From assembly GCF_004010195.1 (NCBI RefSeq), contig NW_025214071.1, forward strand, positions 1 to 38,838: 38,838 nucleotides of DNA. The letters run 5' to 3'. Both the position numbers and the translations under genes were made by a program. The notes beneath the pieces were generated by a model. It was not told the DNA's origin, did not search any database, and worked only from the letters and a program-made list of their open reading frames with translations. The stretch is from Chiloscyllium plagiosum (taxonomy: Eukaryota). Below, piece by piece: positions 11,901 to 22,944 of this stretch (position 1 is the first letter of the stretch; every line of letters begins with the position of its first letter).

Positions 11901-14900
11901 AGGCCTCACTATCCGAGCACAGGCCTCGCTGTCTGAGCACAGGCCTCGCTGTCCGAGCACAGGCCTCGCTGTCCGAGCACAGGCCTCGCTGTCCGAGCAC
12001 AGGCCTCACTGTCCGAGCACAGGCCTCACTGTCTGAGCACAGGCCTCACTGTTTGGACACAGGCCTCACTGTTTGGACACAGGCCTCACTGTCCGAGCAC
12101 AGGCCTCACTATCCGAGCACAGGCCTCGCTGTCTGAGCACAGGCCTCGCTGTCTGAGCACAGGCCTCGCTGTCCGAGCACAGGCCTCACTGTCCGAGTGC
12201 AGGTCTCACTGTTTGGACACAGGCCTCACTGTCCGAGTGCAGGTCTCACTGTTTGGACACAGGCCTCACTGTCCGGGCACGGGCCTCACGGTCTGAGCAC
12301 AGGCCTCACTCTCCGGGCACAGGCCTCACTGTCTGAGCACAGGCCTCTCTGTCTGGACACAGGCCTCACTGTCTGGACACAGGTCTCACTGTCCGAGCGC
12401 GGGCCTCACTGTCCGAGCGCGGGCCTCACTGTCCGAGCGCGGGCCTCACTGTCCGAGCACGGGCCTCACTGTCCGAGCACAGGCCTCACTGTCCGAGCAC
12501 AGGCCTCACTGTTTGGACACAGGCCTCACTGTCCGAGCACAGGCCTCGCTGTCCGAGCACAGGCCTCGCTGTCCGAGCACTGGCCTCACTGTTTGGACAC
12601 AGGCCTCGCTGTCTGAGCACAGGCCTCGCTGTCTGCACACAGGCCTCGCTGTCTGCACACAGGCCTCACTGTCCGAGCACAGGCCTCAGTGTCTGGACAC
12701 AGGCCTCACTGTCTGAGCACAGGCCTCGCTGTCTGAGCACAGGCCACACTGTTTGGACACAGGCCTCACTGTCCGAGCACAGGCCTAGCTGTCTGAGCAC
12801 AGGCCTCACTGTCTGGATACAGGCCTCACTGTTTGGATACAGGCCTCACTGTTTGGATACAGGCCTCACTGTCCGAGCACAGGCCTCACTGTTTGGACAC
12901 AGACCTCACTGTCCGAGCAGAGGCCTCACTGTCCGAGCACAGGCCTCGCTGTCTGAGCACAGGCCTCACTCTCTGCACACAGGCCTCACTGTCCGAGCGC
13001 AGGCCTCACTGTCCGAGCGCAGGCCTCACTGTCCGAGCACAGGCCTCACTGTCCGAGCGCAGGCCTCACTGTCCGAGCGCAGGCCTCACTGTCCGAGCGC
13101 AGGCCTCACTGTCCGAGCGCAGGCCTCACTGTCCGAGCGCAGGCCTCACTGTCCGAGCGCAGGCCTCACTGTCCGAGCGCAGGCCTCACTGTCCGAGCGC
13201 AGGCCTCACTGTCCGAGCGCAGGCCTCACTGTCCGAGCGCAGGCCTCACTGTCCGAGCGCAGGCCTCACTGTCCGAGCGCAGGCCTCACTGTCCGAGCGC
13301 AGGAGCACAGGCCTCGCTGTCCGAGCGCAGGCCTCACTGCACGAGCACAGGCCTCACTGTTTGGATACAGGCCTCACTGTCCGAGCACCGGCCTCACTGT
13401 CCGAGCACCGGTCTCGCTGTCCGTGCGCGGGCCTCACTGTCCGAGCACAGGCCTCGCTGTCTGAGCACAGGCCTCCCTGTCCGAGCACAGGCCACACTGT
13501 TTGGACACGGGCCTCACTGTCCGAGCACAGGCCTAGCTGTCTGAGCACAGGCCTCACTGTCTGGATACAGGCCTCACTGTTTGGATACAGGCCTCACTGT
13601 TTGGATACAGGCCTCACTGTCCGAGCACAGGCCTCACTGTTTGGACACAGACCTCACTGTCCGAGCAGAGGCCTCACTGTCCGAGCACAGGCTTTGCTGT
13701 CCGAGCACAGGCTTCGCTGTCTGAGCACAGGCCTCGCTGTCCGAGCGCAGGCCTCACTGTTTGGACACAGGCCTCACTGTCCGAGCACAGGCCTCGCTGT
13801 CTGAGCACAGGCCTCGCTGTCCGAGCACAGGCCTCGCTGTCCGAGCACAGGCCTCACTGTCCGGGCACAGGCCTCACTGTTTGGACACAGGCCTCACTGT
13901 CCGAGCACAGGCCTCGCTGTCTGAGCACAGGCCTCGTTGTCTGAGCACAGGCCTCACTCTCTGCACACAGGCCTCACTCTCTGCACACAGGCCTCACTGT
14001 CCGAGCGCAGGCCTCACTGTCCGAGCGCAGGCCTCACTGTCCGAGCACAGGCCTCACTGTCCGAGCACAGGCCTCAGTGTCTGGACACAGGCCTCACTGT
14101 CCGAGCACAGGCCTCGCTGTCCGAGCACAGGCCACACAGTTTGGACACAGGCCTCACTGTCCGAGCACAGGCCTAGCTGTCTGAGCACAGGCCTCACTGT
14201 CTGGATACAGGCCTCACTGTCTGGATACAGGCCTCACTGTCTGAGCAAAGGCCTCACTGTCCGAGCACAGGCCTCACTGTTTGGATACAGGCCTCACTGT
14301 CCGAGCACAGGCCTCACTGTCCGAGCAGAGGCCTCACTGTTTGGACACAGGCCTCACTGTCCGAGCAGAGGCCTCACTGTCCGAGCACAGGCTTCACTGT
14401 CCGAGCACAGGCTTCGCTGTCTGAGCACAGGCCTCGCTGTCCGAGCACCGGTCTCGCTGTCCGTGCGCGGGCCTCGCTGTCCGAGCACCGGCCTCGCTGT
14501 CCGAGCACCGGCCTCGCTGTCCGAGCACAGGCTTCGCTGTCTGAGCACAGGCCTCGCTGTCCGAGCGCAGGCCTCACTGCACGAGCACAGGCCTCACTGC
14601 ACGAGCACAGGCCTCACTGTTTGGATACAGGCCTCACTGTCCGAGCACCGGCCTCACTGTCCGAGCACCGGTCTCGCTGTCCGAGCACAGGCCTCGCTGT
14701 CCGAGCACAGGCCTCGCTGTCCGAGCACCGGCCTCGCTGTCCGAGCACCGGCCTCGCTGTCCGAGCACAGGCCTCGCTGTACGAGCACAGGCCTCGCTGT
14801 CCGAGCACAGGCCTCGCTGTCTGGACACAGGCCTCGCTGTCTGGACACAGGCCTCACTGCACGAGCACAGGCCTCACTGTCCGAGCACAGGCCTCGCTGT

Positions 14901-14965
14901 CCGAGCATAGGCCTCGCTGTCCGAGCACAGGCCTCGCTGTCCGAGCACAGGCCTCGCTGTCCGAG
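2949..14965. repeat. 12-kb tandem satellite, 20-bp monomer CACAGGCCTCACTGTCCGAG (roughly 600 monomers)
   Basis: 20-nt period throughout; begins about 26 nt after the exon B donor; generates the HRPHCPSTGLTVRAQASLSE ORFs. Confidence 0.98.
7575..10610. repeat. 202-bp higher-order repeat (nine 20-mers plus one 22-mer), about 15 apparently identical copies
   Basis: Marker CCTCACACTGTCTGAG recurs every 202 nt from 7755 to 10583; identical 157-aa ORFs start at 7902, 8104, ... 10124. Confidence 0.95.
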
Positions 14966-15829
14966 TTAAGGTTCCCTCTTTCCGTCTGATCCTTCTCTGC
15001 AGAGCAAATTGAAACGGGGATGCACGTTCCCTTGGCTCAACACTGCGACATTGCAGCCTTTGATATTTATACATTCCTGCAGTGTGTGAGTTTGTTTTGT
15101 TTTCATTGGGGCTGGGGGAGGAGTTACCAAGGCAACCAAATAAATATCACATTGCCATCAGGTTTCTAATAAAAGAATCTATTGACCAGGTTTTGAAATA
15201 AAATTGATTTCCTTACACTGATACCTTTCCAACACATTTATGTGACAAAACCGATTCCCCTTCCACGATCAGCAATATTTATTAGAACTATCACTGTATT
15301 TACTCTCCTCACTGCTTTGTATGGTCCACTCATCCTGACTTTCAGAGGCTCACCCTGACCAAGGTTACAATATTGACCCTTCATCTCGCAGTCTGATCAC
15401 TCTCACTGCTGAATGTCTATCTGCCCAGACTTTCATTGTCACCTGTCAGCTGTTTTTAACTCTCTCGTGCTATTTCACGTGCTGCTGTGAATCTCTCTAA
15501 AAACATAGACCCTTTGTCCCAATTGTTTGATTATTAATGACAATCATCTGTAACCATTGTTTTGAGAGTGTGTTGGGATCTGTCTAAAGTGATTGCTGAT
15601 TACATGCTCCTCATGTCTTTAGTTTTGTACCCAAGGTGCAGATTATAACCTGGAAACCATCAACACTCTACGCTTCCAGAGCTAACCTCAGCTTTACAGA
15701 TAGTCCTATCATAGTTCGTAACTGGGGTGGGAGGGGTCTCTGATGATGATGATGATGAGCAGCGAGAAATCTAAATGCAGTCAAATGATGGAAGGATGGT
15801 TTGTGTGATGGACTGGGTTGTGTTCACAA

Positions 15830-15959
15830 CTTCTCCCCACCCTAGAGGCTCCCTGCCTCCATTCCTGATGAAGGGCTTTTGTCTGAAACATTGATTTTTC
15901 TGCTCTTCGGATGCTGCCTGACCTGCTGTACTTTTCCAGCACCGCTCTAATCTAGACTC
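15830..15959 (+). mobile_element. Short Penelope-terminus-derived insert with degenerate hammerhead core
   Basis: Flanked by 11-bp direct repeat TGTGTTCACAA (15819-15829, 15960-15970); contains CTGATGA-AGGGC-TTTT-GTCT-GAAAC-ATT. Confidence 0.75.
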
Positions 15960-15988
15960 TGTGTTCACAATCTTCTTTAGTTTATTAT

Positions 15989-16265
15989 GGGTGGCACAGT
16001 GGTGAGCACTGCTGCCTCCCAGCGCCAGAGACCCGGCTTCAATTCCCACCTCAGGCGACTGACTGTGTGGAGTTTGCACATTCTCCCCGTGTCTGCGTGG
16101 GTTTCCTCCGGGTGCTCCGGTTTCCTCCCACATTCCAAAAATATGCAGGTTAGGTGAATTGGCCATAGTGTTAGGTGTAGGGGAATAGGTCTGGGTGGGT
16201 TGGGCGTCGGTGTGGACGTATTGGGCCGAAGGGCCTGTTTCCACACTGTAAGTAATCTACATCTA
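15989..16265 (+). mobile_element. HE1-type V-SINE, near full length
   Basis: tRNA-derived head (A box TGGCACAGTGG, B-box-like GCTTCAATTCC), V-domain GTGTGGAGTTTGCACATTCTCCCCGTGTCTGCGTGGGTTTCCTCCGGGTGCTCCGG, CR1/HER1-like tail GGGCCGAAGGGCCTGTTTCC. Confidence 0.9.
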
Positions 16266-16267
16266 GT

Positions 16268-17400
16268 CTTATGGCCCTGGGCAGAGCAGTTGCTGAACCA
16301 AGTAGTGATGAACCCAGATAGAATGCTTTCTACAGGCCATCTGTAAAGGTTGGTGAGGACATGCCGAATTTCCTAAGCCTCCTGAGGAAGTAGAGGTGGT
16401 GTTGTTGTGCCTTCTTGACCATCACATCCACGTAGGAGGACAAGGACAGATTATCGGTTATCATCACTCCGAGGAACTTGATGATCTCGACCCAGTCCAC
16501 CTCAGCTCCGTTCATGGAGATAGGGGCATGACCTCCTCCTTTCTTCCTGAAGTCAATGATCAGTCCTTTGGTTTTGCCGATATTGAGGGAGAGATTGTTA
16601 CCATTACACCACAATGCCTAGCATTCTATCTCCTTCTTGTATTCTGACTCATCACTGTCTGATACCCGGCTTACAACGGTGGGGTCATCAGCAAACCTGG
16701 AGATGGCATTCGGATGAAATTTGGCCAGAGTCGTGCATGCACTGGGAGTACAGTAGGGGGCTGCCTACACATCCTTGTGGGAGTTGAGTGTTATCGTGGA
16801 GGAGCTGCTGTTGTCTATCTTCACTGATTGCGGTCAGTGAGTCAGGAAGCTGCGGATCCAGTTGCAGAGCTGGGAGCTAGGTCTCGGAGTTTGGAGATCA
16901 CCTTTGGTTGGGATTAGCGTTGAAGGTGGAGCTGTAGTTGATGAGCAGTGGTTTGATGCAGATGTCCTTGTTGACCAGATGTGCCAGGGATGGCTGCAGG
17001 CCTAGGGAAATGGCGTCTGCAGAGGATGTTTTGTGATGGTAGTAAATTGTGGGGGATCGAGGCAGGCTGGGGGACTGGAGTTGATGTGGGCCATGACTAG
17101 CACTTTCTGATTACACAGGGCAGAGCCATTGGGCGGCAGTCATTAAGGCACATTACATAGGTACCGGGATGACAGTGGTCTCATAGCAAGGAGACGTTAA
17201 AGATGTCGGCAAATATTCCTACCAGCCTGTCTACACAGGCCAGTCACTTTCCTCCGGTTTACTCTCTAAAAGATCAATCTGACGCCTGCAGCAGTGACTG
17301 TGGGGACAGGTGTGTCTGGGTCTCTCTGGGAACGTGACACTGTTTCATTAACCTCTGTTCACACTGAGCGTAAAAAGCTTCAGCACATCAGGGAGGGGTG
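16268..17400 (-). mobile_element. Rex1/Babar-type LINE remnant (RT and C-terminal region); right boundary approximate
   Basis: ORF 16330..16614 WCNGNNLSLNIGKTK.LIIDFRK...KFLGV.ITDNL...KKAQQ.LYFLRRLRKFGMS; degenerate FADD (TTTGCTGATGAC on minus) near 16685-16696. Confidence 0.8.
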
Positions 17401-17599
17401 CATTTTTATCTGGTACTCTGTTCTGATTCACTTTGTAGCCTATTATGTCGCGTAGGCCTTGCTACAGACTCACTATTTTCTCAAATCACATGAAGGATGC
17501 CTTTATATCCTTTCCCTCCAATTCTGATAGGGCCTGTGTTTCCTGACTGGACTTTAGAATATGGATGCAGGTTTGCTCGCTGAGCTGGAAGGTTCATTT

Positions 17600-17639
17600 T
17601 CAGATGTTTCGTCACCATACTAGGTAATATCATCAATGA
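17600..17639 (-). ncRNA. Degenerate minimal type I hammerhead in left terminus of outer Penelope
   Basis: Minus strand TCA-TTGATGA-T-ATTACC-TAGTAT-GGTGAC-GAAAC-ATC-TGA; core C3 changed to T. Confidence 0.6.
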
Positions 17640-18440
17640 GCCTCCAAATGGAGCACTGGTGGTATGGCATGCTTTTTTACTTATGTGTTTAGGGTTCCTT
17701 GGGCTGGTGATGTCACTTCCTGTTCCTTTTCTCAGGGGGTGGTAGATGGGGTCTAACTCGATGTGTTTGTTGATAGAGTTCCAGTTGGAATGCCATGCTT
17801 GTAGGAATTCTCGTGCGTGTCCCTGTTTGGCTTGTCCTAGGATGGATGTGTTGTCCCAGTCGAAGTGGTGTCCTTCCTCATCCGTCTGTGAGGATACTAG
17901 TGAGAGAGGGTCATGTCTTTTTGTGACTAGTTGGTGTTCATGTATCCTGGTGGCTAGTTTTCTGCCTGTTGTCCAATGTAGTGTTTGTTACAGTCCTTGC
18001 ACAGTATTTTGTAAATGACATTAGTTTTGCTCATTGTCTGTACAGGGTCTTTTAAGTTCATTAGCTGCTGTTTTTGTGTGTTGGTTGGTTTGTGGGCTAC
18101 CATGATGCCAAGGGATCTGAGTAGTCTGGCAGTCATTTCAGAGATGTCTTTGATGTAGGGGAGAGTGGCTAGGGTTTCCGGACATGTTTTGTCTGCTTGT
18201 TTGGGTTTGTTGCTGAGAAATCGGCAGTCTGTGTTCAATGGATACCCATTCTTTTTGAATACACAGTATGGGTGATATTCCTCTGCTCTGTGGTGGAATG
18301 TGTGGTGGCTCATTAAAATAATGTTCTGATGCTTCTCCATTTGTAGATATGATTCGGAGATGCCTGTGTTGGACTGGGATGTACAAAGCTAAAAATCACA
18401 CAACACCAACAGGTTATAGTCCAACAGGTTTAATTGGAAG

Positions 18441-18475
18441 CACTAGCTTTCGGAGCACTGCTCCTTCATCAGGTG
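18441..18475 (-). ncRNA. Minimal type I hammerhead ribozyme motif, intact core
   Basis: Minus strand CAC-CTGATGA-A-GGAGC-AGT-GCTCC-GAA-AGCT-A-GTG: stem I CAC/GTG, 5-bp stem II, palindromic AGCT stem III, CUA triplet. Confidence 0.8.
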
Positions 18476-18708
18476 GTTGTGGAGGCCACAATTGTAAGGC
18501 ACAGAATTTATAGCAAAAGTTTACAGTGTGATGTAACTGAAATTATACATTGAAAAATACCTTGACTGTTTGTTGAGTCTTTCATCTGTTCGAATACCAT
18601 GATAGTTTCACTTCTTTCATGTGTAAATCACAAAACTGTTTTTTTTAAAAGTTACATTTTCAGGTTAACTGTAACATTTGGTGATAGCTAGACAATATGT
18701 TGAAGGTG

Positions 18709-18892
18709 GAGAAAGTGAGGACTGCAGATGCTGGAGATCAGAGCCTAAAAATGTGATGCTGGAAAAGCGCAGCAGATCAGGCAGCATCAAAGGAGAAGGA
18801 TTCCTGAAGAAGGGCTTATGCCCGAAACGTCGATTCTCCTGCTCCCTTGATGCTGCCTGACCTGCTGTGCTTTTCCAGCAACACATTTTTAA
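18709..18892 (+). mobile_element. 184-bp palindromic non-coding insert with hammerhead in the loop
   Basis: 15-bp TSD AATATGTTGAAGGTG (18694-18708, 18893-18907); arms at about 18747-18795 and 18842-18890 are inverted repeats. Confidence 0.85.
18799..18836 (+). ncRNA. Minimal type I hammerhead ribozyme motif, intact core
   Basis: GATTC-CTGAAGA-A-GGGC-TTAT-GCCC-GAA-ACGT-C-GATTC; CUGANGA at 18804-18810, GAAAC at 18824-18828, GUC triplet ending 18831; stem I imperfect. Confidence 0.75.
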
Positions 18893-19252
18893 AATATGTT
18901 GAAGGTGTTAGCCCCCTGTGTTCCCTGTCTGTCCCATAATGTTTAGACTGACTCTAATCTAAAACGTGAGATAACAGTCTTACTTATATTCATGCAATTT
19001 AACTCCGCAAGTACAAATTCACCCCACAAACGTATACGTGTGTGTGTGTGTGTGTGTGTGTGTCTGGGGTGGGGGTTGTGAGTGTCTGTGAGAGAGAGTG
19101 TATATGTGTGTGTGTGTGAGAGAGAGTGAAAAGGGTTCTAAGTCTGTGAGAGGGTGTGTGAGTGTGGGAGTGTGTATGTCTGTAAGGAGTTTGTGTCAAT
19201 GGGAGTGTCTGTGTATATGTGTGTGTGTGTTTGTGTGTAGGAGTGTCTGTGT

Positions 19253-19493
19253 CAGGCGACTGACTGTGTGGAGTTTGCACGTTCTCCCCGTGTCTGCGTG
19301 GGTTTCCTCCGGGTGCTCCGGTTTCCTCCCACAGTCCAAAGATGTGCAGGTCAGGTGAATTGGCCATGCTAAATTGCCTGTAGTGTTAGGTGAAGGGGTA
19401 AATGTAGGGGTATGGGTGGGTTGCACTTTGGAGGGTCGGTGTGGACTTGTTGGGCCGAAGGGCCTGTTTCCACACTGTAATGTAATCTAATCT
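19253..19493 (+). mobile_element. HE1-type V-SINE, 5'-truncated, inserted in a TG-rich tract of the inner Penelope
   Basis: V-domain and tail nearly identical to the 15989-16265 copy; (AATCT)n tail. Confidence 0.9.
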
Positions 19494-21455
19494 ATATGTG
19501 TGCCTGTGTGTGTGTGTGTATGTGTATAGTGCAATGGTGGTCACCTGTAATGTGACATGAACCCAAGGTCCCGGTTGAGGCCCTCCCTATGGGTACCGAA
19601 CTTAGCTATCAGTCTCTGCTCGGCCATTTTTCGCTGCTGCCTGTCCCGAAGTCCACCTTGGAGGATGGTCACCCGAAGGTCCGAGTCTGAATATCCTGAA
19701 CCACTGAAGTGTTCCCCAACTGGGAGGGAACCCTCCTGTCTGTTGATTGTTGTGCGGTGCCCATTCATGTTGTCGTAGCCTTTGTTCGGTTTCCCCAATG
19801 TACCATGCCTCCGGGCATCCTTGCCTGCAACGTCTAAGATAGACAACGTTGGCTGAGTCACATGAGTACCTGCCATGTACAAGGTGGGAGGTGTTCCCAC
19901 GCGTAATAGTGGTATCTATGTCCACAATCTGACACGTTTTGCAGCGTCCACCGTGACAGGGTTGTATGGAGTTGTCCTGAGAGCCGGGCAGTTTGCTACG
20001 AACAATGATCTGTTTGAGGTTTGGCGGTTGTTTAAAGGCAAGTAGTGGAGGTGTGGGGAAGGTCTTGGTGAGGTGCTCATCCTCATTGATAATGTGTTGC
20101 AGGTCACGAAGAACATGGCGTAATTTTTCAGCCCCTGGAAAGTACTGAACAACAAAGGGTACCCTGTCAGTTGCAGCATGTGTCTGTCTCCTGAGGAGGT
20201 CATTACGGTTCCTTGCTGTGGCACGTCGGAACTGGCGGTCGAGGAGTTGAGCATCGTACCCCGTTCTTATGAGGGCATCCTTGAGTATTTCCGGGTGCCT
20301 GTCACGTTCCTCCTCATCTGAACAGATCCGGTCCATGTGTAGGGCTTGTAGATGTTGGGATGATTGCTTCTGTAGTTCAGTATTTGGTCTGTATGTGTTG
20401 TTTTCCTGTAGACGCTGGTTTGAAGTTCCCCATTGGCTGTTTGCTCTATGGTGACATGTAGAGATGGCAGTTTGTTGTTGTCCTCCTCCTCTTTGGTGAA
20501 TGTGGTGCCAGTAAAAGGGTATTGTTGGTGGTCTTCAGGGTTTCATTTAATTTGTTTCATTTAGACATGACACAGGTGTCATCCACATGGCAGACCTGGA
20601 GTTTGGGTTGGGTGGTTGGCAGAGCTGTTTGTTCAAGCCTCTGCATTACTGCCTCTGCTAAGAGCCCTGAGGTCGGAGATCCCATGGGTGTTCCGTAGGT
20701 TTGTCTGAAGGTTTTGTTGTTGAAGGTGAAGTGGGTGGTAAGGCATAGGGCCACTAGCTTGATGATACTGTCCTTGCTGATGAAGTTGGTGGTGTTTGGT
20801 GTTTGTGTCTTTGGGTCTTCTAATAGTGTAGTCGGTGTTTCCTTGGCCAGATTGATGTTGATGGATATGAACAGGGTTGTTACATCAACGGAGACCATTA
20901 TTTCATCCTCTTCTATCTTGGTGTCTTTGATGGCCTTGAGGAATTCTTGCGGGGAGTGGATGGAGTGGCATGAGTCTTTGACTAAGTGTTTTAGTCTTTG
21001 ATGTATCACCAGTCTGTAAGTTGGTGTTCCAGGTAGCAAGACTATGGGTCTGAGAGGGGCTCCTGGTTTGTGAAAATTGGGTAATCTGTAGAAGCGTGAT
21101 GTGTTGGATCCGTCTGGTTTCATTTTTTGGAAATCAGTCTTATTTATTTCTCCAGATCTCTGAAGTGTTTTGAGTCGGGCTGTGATGTAGTTCTCTAGTT
21201 GTGGAGTTGGGTCTATTGCCACCTGTTGGTAAGTATAGGTATCCACAAAGAGTGTGTTCACTTTCTCACTGTAGTCTGTTTGTTTAAAATGACTGTCAAG
21301 CGTCCTTTGTCTGTAGGTAGGAGAACAATGTTTTTATCTTCTCTGTGAAAAATATCAGGAATTGACGTTACCAGAGGAAATGACATCATCAACCCAAGGA
21401 AACTCAAACATATAAATTGAAAGTGGACTACACCACCAGCGCTTCATCCGGATGC

Positions 21456-21495
21456 TCACTGAAGATGTTACCTAGTATGGTGACGAAACATCTGA
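21456..21495 (+). ncRNA. Minimal type I hammerhead in right terminus of outer Penelope
   Basis: TCA-CTGAAGA-T-GTTACC-TAGTAT-GGTGAC-GAAAC-ATC-TGA; stem I TCA/TGA, 6-bp stem II; stem III ACAT rather than palindromic ACGT. Confidence 0.7.
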
Positions 21496-22311
21496 AAATG
21501 AACCTTCTAGCTCGATGAGCAAACTCATATCCAGAACCTCAACCCGAGCTACAAATCTTCTCAAACCTCACTAACTTTAGAATATATCTTGAACTTTCTA
21601 CAGTTGAGCTCTATTAGGTTTCTGAAGTCTCACTTCTCTAACTGCATCATTCCAAACTTTCACCCTATTCTCTTCCCCTTTGCAATTCAACTCTTTTTAA
21701 AACTCTCTTTCTTCATATTTCTCTCCCATTTCTACCATCCTTATTCTTCCCTCATGATCAGCCTGTTTTATCTCTAACTCAATAGGAACTGATTTCGATA
21801 TCTCACTTGCTCATCTTTCGTGAATATCTATTTAACCCAAATGCTGTGTTACTCTTTCAGGTTTTTATCATCTTACCTGGCAAGCACCTCGGCTCCCAGT
21901 GTACTTCCCAATCCATCAATCCGGTTACTAGGATCTCTCCTTACTTTGCACAGAGGAAGGGTTTAGCAGTTCCTGATGTCACTTTATTTTTGACAGTACA
22001 ATAATTGGTGTTTTCCTTTCTCCTGTTGTCACTTACTAACTCCACACCCAATTGTACATTTCCTTTGTTTGAAAACTGTGCAGCCACGGCCCTCAAACTT
22101 AGTCACAACCCAGTGGGGTACTGTGTTGGAAATCAAACCCCACTATACCTAGAGTTGTCACAAATGTGAAAAATATTTAATGAAACCATCCAAAATTGGA
22201 GCAGATACGATGAGCTGTTTGGCCCACTTTACTCCAATGTTTTATGTCCAAAGTCCCCAGTATTCTTGACTGATGATTCAGATTAAAAGAAAATGGTCAA
22301 TAGGTTTTGGT

Positions 22312-22438
22312 GGGAGAAAATGAGGACTGCAGATGCTGGAGATCAGAGCTGAAAATGTGTTGCTGGAAAAGCGCAGCAGGTCAGGCAGCATCCAAGGAGC
22401 AGGAGAATCGACGTTTCGGGCATAAGCCCTTCCTCAGG
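22312..22438 (-). mobile_element. 127-bp hammerhead-containing insert, same family as 18709-18892
   Basis: 13-bp TSD AATAGGTTTTGGT (22299-22311, 22439-22451); minus strand CTGAGGA-A-GGGC-TTAT-GCCC-GAAACGTC-GATTC at 22437 to 22405. Confidence 0.85.
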
Positions 22439-22944
22439 AATAGGTTTTGGTACTTAACAAGAGAATTCTTAATAAATTTACCTTTGTCCAATGGCAGTCA
22501 GGAAATATGAATTTTTGAGGTATAGCTCTCTATTCTTAAAAATCTACCCATCTTCAATTCCCTCTTCACAAATAGACATATTAAGGCTAGTAAAAGCCAG
22601 AAGTGCAGGGAAACAGTTCCAAAGCACCGTTCTGAGCAGAGGAGCTGATACGCTGTTTTCTTTGGTTTCTTCATATCCCTTTGAGGTCTTTGACAATGTT
22701 TCGCACACCAATGGGCTCATTCATTCACTGGTTGGGAATTCACCTTTTCACTGTCTTTGAAAGAGTTTTATTCCTTCTTCAGTTTTATTCCTTCTTCAGT
22801 TGGGAATTTTCAGAAAAAGTGGCAGACAGCTAACTCGTGACATGTTGGTTGGGAGGTAGGTGTTGGCTGAATTGTTGTGCTGGGCCTACTAGACCAGGGG
22901 CCAGTCAAACTTTGTTGTTGAGCAGTTGTCCCTTAGTTTCGAGC

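Larger units (their letters stand above)
18349..20345 (-). mobile_element. Second Penelope-like family, 5'-truncated, nested in the outer Penelope
   Basis: ORF 19602..20336 with CKTC knuckle and GIY-YIG NVVYL..C...WYIGET; frameshifted C-terminus EQRLIAKFGTHREGLNRD; candidate 8-bp TSD TTGTAGAT at 18341-18348 and 20346-20353; the outer ORF resumes across it. Confidence 0.85.
17563..21573 (-). mobile_element. Penelope-like retroelement (outer element) with RT, GIY-YIG endonuclease and inverted terminal repeats; decayed
   Basis: RT ORF 20557..21261 (KPGAPLRPIV, YGTPMGSP, HVDDT); GIY-YIG VIYKILCKDCNKHYIGQ in 17954..18340; 17563-17722 is an inverted copy of about 21365-21532; 12-bp TSD ACTTTAGAATAT at 17551-17562 and 21574-21585. 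Confidence 0.9.

Noticed and set aside
2949..14965. CRISPR-like or RAG recombination-signal array (CACAG.., CACTGTG in some monomers)
   Set aside because: No unique spacers, eukaryotic context, and no ACAAAAACC-like nonamer at 12/23 spacing
4741..14989. Long ORFs up to 446 aa with HRPHCPSTGLTVRAQASLSE repeats (His/Cys-rich, zinc-finger-like look)
   Set aside because: Three 20-bp monomers give a stop-free 60-nt unit in all frames; ORFs overlap in every frame and have no splice or domain support
15989..16050. tRNA gene
   Set aside because: A/B boxes belong to the SINE head, followed directly by the V-domain; no cloverleaf
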